Assembly: GCA_041746715.1 (NCBI GenBank)
Contig: JBGTGN010000227.1
Span: forward strand, 1-63,705
Reading direction: 5' to 3'
Source of the DNA: Pirellulales bacterium
GTDB taxonomy: Bacteria; Planctomycetota; Planctomycetia; Pirellulales; UBA1268
DNA: 63,705 bases
Below, piece by piece: positions 30,658 to 39,006 of the stretch (its first letter is position 1; every line of letters begins with the position of its first letter). The notes beneath the pieces are model-generated. The model ran no database searches. It was not told where the DNA came from and was given only the letters and a program-made list of their open reading frames with translations. The translations under genes and the position numbers were made by a program.

Positions 30658-31430
30658 TTGGCACCGCCCTTCTTCTTGCCAACAGCCACAGGGCCGCCGA
30701 CTTTCTTGAGCTTGTTCGTTTTGCAGACTGTTACAAACGCCCCCTCCGGCCCGGGCACCGCCCCACGCAGGAGAATCAGGTTCGAGTCGGCATCAACCCG
30801 GACGAGCTTCACGTTTCGCATCGTGGACCGCTCATTGCCATACCGGCCAGCCATACGCTTGCCCTTGAACACGCGAGCAGGAGAGGTGTTTTGCCCCGTG
30901 CCACCCTGATGGCGATGCACCTTCTTGACACCGTGAGTGGCTCGCTGGCCCTTAAAGCCATGACGCTTCATGACGCCGGCGGTTCCACGGCCTTTCGTGA
31001 CCCCGACGACGTCTACAAACTCGACCCCGTCAAACACGGCGACCGTGAGCACCTGCCCGACCTCGACGCCGTCATAAATACCGCGAAGCTCTCGCACGAA
31101 ACGCTGCGGCTCACAACCGGCCTTCGGCACAAGAGCCACACCAGCCTCGGTACGCTTCTTCGCACGCCGGCCATCGAGATTCGCGACCTGGCCACGCACG
31201 GAACGACTGGCGAGCCGACGGGGCTTGTCAGCGAAGCCGATCTGAATGGCCGAGTAGCCATCCTTGCCGGGCGTCCGCACCGAGGTGACCGGACACGGGC
31301 CGGCCTCGATCACAGTGACCGGAACGACCGCACCCGACTCCGGGTCAAAAATCTGCGTCATGCCGACTTTGCGGCCCAGCAGACCAGGTCGTCCAGGCTT
31401 GTCAGCGGCGGGTTTCGAGGTGGTTGCCAT
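30654..31430 (-). CDS. rplC: 50S ribosomal protein L3
   Basis: GLLGRKVGMTQIFD...GVTKGRGTAGVMKRHGFKGQRATHG, 258 aa with N- and C-terminal basic extensions. Confidence 0.95.
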   Translation of the reverse strand: MATTSKPAADKPGRPGLLGRKVGMTQIFDPESGAVVPVTVIEAGPCPVTSVRTPGKDGYSAIQIGFADKPRRLASRSVRGQVANLDGRRAKKRTEAGVALVPKAGCEPQRFVRELRGIYDGVEVGQVLTVAVFDGVEFVDVVGVTKGRGTAGVMKRHGFKGQRATHGVKKVHRHQGGTGQNTSPARVFKGKRMAGRYGNERSTMRNVKLVRVDADSNLILLRGAVPGPEGAFVTVCKTNKLKKVGGPVAVGKKKGGAK

Positions 31431-31685
31431 GATAGATAGTTGTCACGGATGTGACCATCGACGCGACGGTATCTGAGAGACAAAAGCCCCTCAGACAAAA
31501 TCGCCTTCACGCTCGAAACTGCTGGCTCCAGGAGCACCCAGACCGAATCATCCGTCGCGTGACCGATGATTCCCTGCCTTCTTGAGGCAGTATGACTGGG
31601 CCTTACCTGCGAGGCCTTCCAAGCATGCCGTTCGTCGATGCTCCGATGTCCTGAGTGTCCTACGCTTTCCCGAACCCCATTGCGG
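31431..31685 (-). promoter_or_regulatory. Stem-loop-dense 255-nt spacer between rpsJ and rplC (candidate leader/attenuator or internal promoter region)
   Basis: No plausible ORF. Hand-found hairpins are at 31442-31455 (5 bp), 31472-31495 (6 bp), 31545-31572 (8 bp GAATCATC/GATGATTC plus 3 inner bp), 31574-31590 (6 bp) and 31599-31616 (5 bp). Confidence 0.4.
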
Positions 31686-32015
31686 CTACGACCGCGATGA
31701 GGCCTTGATCTTGATGTCCACGCCAGCGGGCAGGCTGAGCTTATTGAGCGCCTCGATCGTCTTAGCCGTGGCCTGAACGATGTCGATTACCCGCTTGTGC
31801 GTCCGAATTTCATATTGCTGCCGGGCCTTCTTGTCGATGTGGGGGCCCGAAAGCACGGTGTATCGCTCAATCCGCGTGGGGAGCGGGATCGGCCCGTGAA
31901 CTTCGGAATTGGTTCGTTTGGCGGTGTCTACGATCTCCGCCGCGCTCTGGTCGAGCACCGCGTGGTCGTAGGCTTCCATCCGGATACGAATGATTTCTTG
32001 GGTGGGACCGGCCAC
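31686..32015 (-). CDS. rpsJ: 30S ribosomal protein S10
   Basis: GTG 32015 with GGAG 8 nt upstream gives (M)[33 protein letters not shown]...RTHKRVIDI (109 aa). The 33 upstream codons in the track ORF are not S10-like. Confidence 0.9.
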   Translation of the reverse strand: MAGPTQEIIRIRMEAYDHAVLDQSAAEIVDTAKRTNSEVHGPIPLPTRIERYTVLSGPHIDKKARQQYEIRTHKRVIDIVQATAKTIEALNKLSLPAGVDIKIKASSRS

Positions 32016-32214
32016 AGTGCGAGCTCCGACACGACTCTTTCGCGCGGCCGGGGGACCACAGGATCCTCCGTCGCAAGGGAGACGAGGAGTCTTCCCTTCG
32101 GCGGCAGGATCCACATTCCACGGAACGCGGTTGCCGCAACGAGCGAGTCACGGAATCTAAAGACGCTCTGCCAACGTGTCAATGACCCCCGTTGGAAAAG
32201 GGCTTGGGCCACCG

Positions 32215-34320
32215 TCACATGAACGAATCAGCGGTTTCCGCCGAGGCGGGACCGTATTTGAGCGGGGCCATCGTGAAGCTCGCCCGCCCCTGGCTCACGC
32301 TTCGGACCGCCTGCGAGTAGCCAAACATGCTTGCCAGCGGCGCCTCAGCGGTAAGGACGGTGGCCACGCCACGAATTTCCGTCGCCGTGATGATCGACCG
32401 CCGCTGCTGCAGGTCGTTGATCACGTCGCCAAGATAGTCCTCGGGCACGGTCACTTCGACCTTCATAACAGGCTCGAGCAGGACGCTCCCAGCGGCTGCA
32501 AGGAGGCGTTCAATGGCGTCGGCCGCGGCAATGCGGATGGCGACGTCTCCTGGGAGCGGCTCGGGGATCGGGCTCTCCAAGACCACGATTCGCACGCCCC
32601 ACAGCGGACAGCCCTTGAGCCCCCCCCGCTCGGCGCTCTCACGAACGGCCTCGGTCATCGTCGCGGCAATGGCGGCGAGCGCATCGCTTTCCGGAAACCA
32701 TCCCTGCTCAACCACCACTGGCCCCTGCCCGTCCGTCGGCTCGCCACGGACGGTCACCGTGGCCACGAGCGTCTGCCCGGCGACCTGGCGGTTGGCCTCA
32801 CCCGAAACGGTCGCGGCTCGCTCAAGCGTCTCCTTGTAGCTCACTCTTGGCCGATGGACGCGGCACGTCAGGTTGAAGTCGCGTTCGAGCCGATGCCGGA
32901 TCACTTCAAGGTGGAGCTCGCCCATGCCCGCGATGAGCGTCTGGCCCGTCTCTTCGCTCTCGATGGCCCGAAAGGTGGGATCTTGCCGTTTCATCATCTC
33001 GAGGGCATCGCTGAGCTTTTTCCGTTCGAGACTCGTCTCGGGCTCGATCGCCATCGAGATGACCGTCTCCGGAAACGTGATGGTCTCAAGGAGGACCGGG
33101 GCGTTTGCGTCGCAGAGCGTGTCGCCCGTGACACTCAAGCGAGGCCCGATTACCCCCACGATGTCCCCTGCCCTCGCCTCCGGAACCTGCTCGCGGCGGT
33201 CGGCCTGAACATGCCAGAGCTGGGCAATATTTTCCTTCTTCTGCTTGGCCGGATTCCAGGCTCGGCTGCCCGCCTTGAGCGTGCCGGAATAGACCCGCAG
33301 AAACGCAAGATCACCATGTTTTTCAGCCAGAATCTTGAAGACAAGCCCACAGAAAGGCTCTGATGGATCGGGCTTTCGGATGACCACCGTAGGCGTTTTT
33401 TTGGATGGATCGACGCCCTCCACCGGCGGCACGTCGGCCGGGCTTGGCAGATACCAGGCGACGGCATCGAGGACCGGCTGCACACCGATGCAATCGAGCG
33501 CCGAGCCACCCAGTACCGGCACGACCAGGCGGGCGATCGTGGCATTACGAATCACCTTTCGCATGAGCTCCGGCGGGAGTGGCGCCTCGGCGAGCGCAAG
33601 CTCCGCCACCTCATCGGAATAGTCAAAGAGCGTGGAGACAAGCTCTTCCCGCCACTCGGCGACCAGCTCCGCGATCTCAGGAGGGATCGGCCCACGGGTC
33701 GCCCCGAGCCCCTGGCCATCGGCCGAAAGAGCCTCCTCCTTCGGCGGAAAGGTGAGCAGCTCCATCGTCACAAGATCGACGAGCCCGCGAAACGGATCCT
33801 TCACGTGGGGTGGCCCAAGCCCTACCGGAACCTGGAGCACCAGCGGCTTGGCGCCAAGTCGCTTTTCGATCTGCGCGACAGTCCCGAAGAAATCGGCCCC
33901 CTCACGGTCGAGCTTGTTGACCATCGCGATCCGAGGCACGCCATACTTGTCGGCCTGACGCCAGACCGTTTCGCTCTGAGCCTCCACGCCCTCGCGGGCG
34001 CTGAAAACGACCACCGCCCCATCGAGCACCCGCAGGCTCCGCTCGACCTCGGCCGTGAAATCGACATGGCCCGGCGTATCGATGAGGTTCACCGTCATGC
34101 CCTGCCAGCGGAAAGAGACCGCCGCGGAATAGATCGTGATCCCCCGCTCCTGCTCCTCCGGGTCGAAGTCGGTGATCGTCGTGCCGCGATCGACCTCACC
34201 GAGCCGATGGCTTGTCTTCGTGAAGAAGAGCATCCGCTCGGTGAGCGTCGTCTTCCCGGCATCGATGTGGGCCACGATGCCGATATTGCGGATTGTCTGG
34301 AGGTCGTGCTTGGTGGCCAT
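32215..34320 (-). CDS. fusA: Elongation factor G (divergent type)
   Basis: [46 protein letters not shown] and NKLDR, with domains II-V present. Start is either ATG 34320 (MATKHDL) or GTG 34326, which overlaps the argS stop. Confidence 0.9.
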   Translation of the reverse strand: [701 protein letters not shown]

Positions 34321-34322
34321 AG

Positions 34323-36185
34323 TCACATTCTCTCCACGGTGCCAATGCCGAGGAGGCCAAGACCATGCCGCAACACACGGCCTGTCAGGTCGCAGAGCGC
34401 GAGCCGGCTCGCGGCTGCTTCCCCCTCGGCCTTCAGCACCGGCAGGGCGTCGTAGAACGATGAGAAACGTCCGGCAAGATCGTAGAGCCAGGCTGTGAGG
34501 AGATTGGGCCGATTGTCGGCCTCCACATCCTCGAGAACCTCGGCAAACCGCACGAGGGCGAGGGCGAGCGCTCGCTCCTGGGGGGCAGCCACGGAAACCG
34601 AAGCGGCCGCGGCACGAAGGACATCACGATCGATGCAGCCCTTTACACAAATGCCCTCCACGCGGGCCACTGCATATTGCATGTACGCGGCCGTGTTGCC
34701 TTTGAGCTCGAGCATCTTGTCGAAGCTGAAGACGTAGTCGCTCGTGCGGTTCTGTGAAAGGTCGGCGTACTTGATCGCCCCGATGCCCACCGTTTCAGCA
34801 ACCCGTTTCTGGGTCGCCGTGTCCATCTCGCCACGGCCTGCTGCGGCCACAACGGCTGCCGCCCGTTCGACCCCCTCATCGAGCAGCGCCTCGAGGCCGA
34901 CGGTGTCGCCCGCCCGCGTCTTGAAGGGCCGCCCATCGTCGCCCAGCACGGTGCCGAACGCGACGTGGACAAGATCGACGTCACCGACGCCCCACCGGCG
35001 CACCGTCTCAAAGAGCTGCTCAAAATGCCGGCCCTGCCGATGATCCACGACATAGAGAATGCGGTCGGGCTGCCAGCGCGCAAGCCGCCACTGGATGGTC
35101 GCGAGGTCAGTCGTGGCGTAGAGAAACGCCCCGTCGGCCTTGCGAATCAAAAACGGCGGTGAGTCTTCGCCATCCAAGAAAACGCCCACGGCACCTCGGC
35201 TCTCGCGGGCGAGCCCCTTCGCCATGAGGTCGTCCACCACGCCGGCCAGCATCGGCTGGAAAAAACTCTCGCCAAGCCAGTGGTCGAAGCTGACATCGAG
35301 CCGCCGGTAGAGCCGCTCGATTTCGGCCAGGCAGAAAGGCATGAACTGCTCCCACAGCCCACGGTTTTCAGGGTCACCGGCATGGAGCTTTGCGGTTTCG
35401 GCAAGCACCTCGCGGGCCGCATCAGGAAACTCCGCCACGAGGGCCGCGGCCTCAGGGTCGGCCGCAAGCTCTTCCGGCTTCGCGTCTGCGACCGTGCGGA
35501 CCAGCCGATAGAGGCGCCCCAACTCAGCCGTGGGGTCAGCAGCAAAGGCTGCATCGTTGCGGCAGTGTTTCCAGCCCCAGAGGATCATCCCAAACTGGGT
35601 GCCCCAGTCACCGAGATGGTTGTCGGTGATCACCCGGTGGCCGCGGAACCGCAGGATCCGGGCGAGGGAGTCGCCGATCACGGTCGAGCGGATGTGGCCC
35701 ACGTGCATCGGCTTGGCGACATTTGGGCTTGAGAAATCAACCACGATCGTAAGCGGTGTCTCCACCGGCGGCACGCCGAGCCGCTCGTCGGCCACAGCAG
35801 CGCCAACTGCCGCCGCGAGGGCGTCGTCACGGATGCGGACATTGATAAAGCCCGGGCCAACGGGATCGCCCGGCGGCTCGAAGAGCGCGGTGTAACCGGG
35901 GACCGCCACAAGACTCGCCGCGATCTCAGAGGCCAGTTCCCGCGGTTTGCGACCGGCACGCTTGGCCAGCGCCATCGCCATCGTGCCAGAGTAGTCGCCA
36001 AATTTCGGATCGGCTGCCTCGCGAACCTGTTCCAGAAGGACAGGCATCTCGGCAGGGTCGATGGCCACCACACCCTTGGCTGAGAGCTCCTCGAGGGCCG
36101 CGGCAAAGGCTCGCCTCAAGGCCGTTCGAAAATTCACCCTCGGCGGCACGCCTGCCGTCGTCGCCTGCGGCTCAGCGAGGCTCAT
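34323..36185 (-). CDS. argS: Arginine--tRNA ligase
   Basis: 620 aa. Class-I HIGH motif (NVAKPMHVGHIRS), the C-terminal DALR anticodon-binding region (AYMQYAVARV) and the ending GIGTVERM. Confidence 0.93.
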   Translation of the reverse strand: MSLAEPQATTAGVPPRVNFRTALRRAFAAALEELSAKGVVAIDPAEMPVLLEQVREAADPKFGDYSGTMAMALAKRAGRKPRELASEIAASLVAVPGYTALFEPPGDPVGPGFINVRIRDDALAAAVGAAVADERLGVPPVETPLTIVVDFSSPNVAKPMHVGHIRSTVIGDSLARILRFRGHRVITDNHLGDWGTQFGMILWGWKHCRNDAAFAADPTAELGRLYRLVRTVADAKPEELAADPEAAALVAEFPDAAREVLAETAKLHAGDPENRGLWEQFMPFCLAEIERLYRRLDVSFDHWLGESFFQPMLAGVVDDLMAKGLARESRGAVGVFLDGEDSPPFLIRKADGAFLYATTDLATIQWRLARWQPDRILYVVDHRQGRHFEQLFETVRRWGVGDVDLVHVAFGTVLGDDGRPFKTRAGDTVGLEALLDEGVERAAAVVAAAGRGEMDTATQKRVAETVGIGAIKYADLSQNRTSDYVFSFDKMLELKGNTAAYMQYAVARVEGICVKGCIDRDVLRAAAASVSVAAPQERALALALVRFAEVLEDVEADNRPNLLTAWLYDLAGRFSSFYDALPVLKAEGEAAASRLALCDLTGRVLRHGLGLLGIGTVERM

Positions 36186-36598
36186 GATGCCGCCGCCCCT
36201 TCGCTCCCTGGCACCGGCACCCGTACCGCGTCGCTCCAGAGCCCCTCGAGATCCCAGTACCCGCGGGCGTCGGGATCAAAGAGATGCACCATCACGTTGC
36301 CGTAGTCGAGCACGATCCAGCGGCCTTCTTCGTAGCCATCGCTCCCGCGAGAGCGGTCGTGCAGATCATGCTTGACAACCTTCTCGATCTCGTCGGCCAT
36401 GGCATGCATCTGCCGACGGCTCGCCCCGGTGACAACAACGAAATAGTCAACGACCGGCGTAAGCTCCCGCAGATCGAGGATACGAACATCGGTACCACGC
36501 GTCTCGCCCGCCACTCGGGCTGCAAGCATGGCCAGATCGAGCGCCGCGGCAGCGCTCGAGGCGGAAACAGACGTGGATGCGGGGGTGGCCTTCGACAC
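36182..36598 (-). CDS. rsfS: Ribosome silencing factor RsfS (Iojap family)
   Basis: VVDYFVVVTGASRRQMHAMADEI...GRWIVLDYGNVMVHLFDPDARGYWDLEGLW. ATGA overlap with argS. Confidence 0.88.
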   Translation of the reverse strand: MSKATPASTSVSASSAAAALDLAMLAARVAGETRGTDVRILDLRELTPVVDYFVVVTGASRRQMHAMADEIEKVVKHDLHDRSRGSDGYEEGRWIVLDYGNVMVHLFDPDARGYWDLEGLWSDAVRVPVPGSEGAAAS

Positions 36599-36655
36599 GG
36601 GAGGTTCACAGATCCGAGAGAGGGAAAATCCCGAGGAAGTCTACACGAGCGACTC

Positions 36656-37522
36656 CTACCGCGCGCACGCTCGCCCGGCCGCCAGGGCGATGCCGCAGAG
36701 CACGATATCTGGAATCTCGATGGCGGCGGGCAGCGATTCCCGAACCATCGCTCGCCAGCCCCCGGCAAGGATCGTGACCGCGTCGCCCCCGAGCTCCCGA
36801 GCAGCTTCGACCACGAGGCGAACGATTGCCCCGCGAAATCCATGCCCCACGCCCGCCGCAATCGCCTCGTCTGTCGCACGCCCCGGCATCCGCGGCGGGG
36901 ATGCCCACATGGCCTCGGAAAGAGTCGGGAGCTGACTCGTGCCCGATGCGAGTGACTGGGCCATGAGGTCAGGGCCAGGCAGAATCGCGCCACCGAGAAA
37001 CGTGCCGTCGGCCGCCACGAGGTCAACCGTGGCGGCCGTGCCGCAGTCGACGACAATTGCCGGCTTTCCTGCTGGCTTCGCATGCACCGCAGCCGCGGCG
37101 GCGGCAAGCCGGTCGATGCCGACCCGCTGTGGGGCTGGCAGATCGATCGCAAGCGGCAAGTCGGCATGCCCTACCCGACGCTGCCGGATGGGCCTGTGCC
37201 GTGTGGCCGAGATCGCGGCAACGGCTGCCTCGAGTCGCGTGGCAGCCCCCTCGGACACGCTCGCGATGAGGATGACCGCGGGACCTGGAGCTGCGGCCAG
37301 GAGCCATCGCTCCAGGTTGTCGGGATGGAACCGACGGCTGTCGAGGTCGTGCCGATGCGTCACTTCGGGCAGCCCAACCCCCCCAGCGGCAGCCCCGGCC
37401 GCGGCCTCAGCCAGCCGCGCGAACTTGATTCGAGAGTTGCCCACATCCGCGAGAAGCACGGTGTCGCCCGAGCAAATGCCTCGGCCGGCGAGGTTCTCAG
37501 AGGGTTGGTCGGAAGGGCTCAT
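36656..37522 (-). CDS. coaX: Type III pantothenate kinase
   Basis: LLADVGNSRIKFA...VVDCGTAATVDLV...GGAILPG. ATG 37522 (MSPSDQ...) forms an ATGA overlap with the obg stop. The track start at 37564 would overlap obg by 46 nt. Confidence 0.85.
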   Translation of the reverse strand: MSPSDQPSENLAGRGICSGDTVLLADVGNSRIKFARLAEAAAGAAAGGVGLPEVTHRHDLDSRRFHPDNLERWLLAAAPGPAVILIASVSEGAATRLEAAVAAISATRHRPIRQRRVGHADLPLAIDLPAPQRVGIDRLAAAAAAVHAKPAGKPAIVVDCGTAATVDLVAADGTFLGGAILPGPDLMAQSLASGTSQLPTLSEAMWASPPRMPGRATDEAIAAGVGHGFRGAIVRLVVEAARELGGDAVTILAGGWRAMVRESLPAAIEIPDIVLCGIALAAGRACAR

Positions 37523-38520
37523 GCGGCCGGCTCCCGGCGGTCGAGCTCCGCGGCGATCGTCCACACGAGCATGTCGAGCCCAGCGCCAGTCGCGGCGCTT
37601 GCGGCGAGCACATCGCGGCCAAGGGCGGCGGCAAGCTCGTCCCGCACCGCATCGGCTCCTGGCAGTTCACACTTACTCACGACGACGATCTCCGGCCTCG
37701 TCCCCAGAGTCGCATCGTACAGCACAAGCTCTTCGCGAATGGCCCGGTAATTGGACAGCGGATCGGTGCCATCAATCGGACATGGCTCAACGACATGGAT
37801 CAAGATTCCCGCTCGCTCGACATGCCGAAGGAACTCATGTCCCAGTCCTACGCCAGCATGCGCCCCCTCGATGAGCCCAGGCAGATCGGCCAGCACAAAC
37901 TCACGTTCGCGATCGATCGACACCATGCCCAGGATCGGCGACTTGGTCGTGAAGGGATAGTCGGCGATTTCAGGGCGGGCCCGCGACAGCCGTGAGAGGA
38001 GCGTGCTCTTGCCGGCGTTTGGCTTGCCCACGAGCCCCACGTCGGCGATGACCTTGAGCTCGAGCAGGAGACGACGACTCTCACCGGCCTCGCCGGGCGT
38101 ACACTCCCGCGGCGCCCGGTTGGTCGATGACTTGAAATATTGGTTGCCATGGCCGCCGGCGCCGCCGCGGGCGGCGATGATGGATTGGCCAGGCACGGCA
38201 AGATCCTTGAGGACGAGCCTGGTAGCCTCGTCCATCACGATCGTGCCTGGGGGGACGAGGAGCGTGAGGTCGGAGGCGCACGCGCCGGTTCGATTGGCCG
38301 GGCCACCAGCCGTGCCAGAATCGGCCTTCCACTGCTTCCGGTGAGCGAGCGCCGAGAGGGAATCGACGCCGCTTTCGGCACGCAGAATCACACTCCCACC
38401 ATGACCGCCGTCACCGCCGTCGGGACCGCCACGGGGCACATACTTCTCACGCCTGAAACTACAGATGCCGCGACCACCGTCGCCCGCAGTCACCTCGATC
38501 TGAACACGATCGACGAACAC
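37519..38520 (-). CDS. obg: GTPase Obg/CgtA
   Basis: MFVDRVQIEVTAGDGGRGICSFRREKYVPRGGPDGGDGGHGGSV..., with G motifs GKPNAGKST, DLPGLIEGA and SKCEL. 333 aa. Confidence 0.95.
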   Translation of the reverse strand: MFVDRVQIEVTAGDGGRGICSFRREKYVPRGGPDGGDGGHGGSVILRAESGVDSLSALAHRKQWKADSGTAGGPANRTGACASDLTLLVPPGTIVMDEATRLVLKDLAVPGQSIIAARGGAGGHGNQYFKSSTNRAPRECTPGEAGESRRLLLELKVIADVGLVGKPNAGKSTLLSRLSRARPEIADYPFTTKSPILGMVSIDREREFVLADLPGLIEGAHAGVGLGHEFLRHVERAGILIHVVEPCPIDGTDPLSNYRAIREELVLYDATLGTRPEIVVVSKCELPGADAVRDELAAALGRDVLAASAATGAGLDMLVWTIAAELDRREPAA

Positions 38521-38586
38521 GTGCGGAGGTCTTTCAGAAGCGGTGGACGAGGCCGACCGCCGTCAATGATGCGGCGGCGCAGTGGA

Positions 38587-38841
38587 TCAGGCCGACGGAC
38601 TGGCCACCACGTTCACGCGGCGGCCCTCGCGGTCAAACATCACCACGCCTTCGGTGAGGGCGTAGAGTGTGTAGTCAGACCCCATGCCAACATTGGCACC
38701 CGGATGAAACTTGGTGCCCACTTGGCGAATCAGAATGTTGCCGGCGATGACGGCCTGGCCACCGAACTTCTTCACGCCGCGCCGCTGCGCGTTGGAGTCG
38801 CGACCGTTTCGGCTTGAGCCCTGTCCTTTTTTATGTGCCAT
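38587..38841 (-). CDS. rpmA: 50S ribosomal protein L27
   Basis: The internal ATG 38841 gives [48 protein letters not shown]... (84 aa). Confidence 0.93.
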   Translation of the reverse strand: MAHKKGQGSSRNGRDSNAQRRGVKKFGGQAVIAGNILIRQVGTKFHPGANVGMGSDYTLYALTEGVVMFDREGRRVNVVASPSA

Positions 38842-39006
38842 TGCAGCAACCTTTGCGGTGTCAGGGCTTCGGCGGAACGTGTGCCGCCATGGGATGCCCG
38901 AGCCCCGAAGAATACCTGCTCCATGCTGGTTCCGAAAGCCCCTCCGCGAGGCCACGCTCCTCGCACCGGGTGGCTGGAGGAACGCCCCGGTGGTTGGGAG
39001 AGCCAA

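Noticed and set aside
15681-32114. N-terminal extensions shown in the ORF track for rplQ, rpsM, rplR, rpsH, rpsJ, secY and adk (and, outside this span, rpmA and pckA).
   Set aside because: In each case an internal ATG or GTG reproduces the canonical conserved N-terminus, usually with a GGAG-type site 6-10 nt upstream. The extension overlaps the preceding gene or is Arg/Pro-rich.
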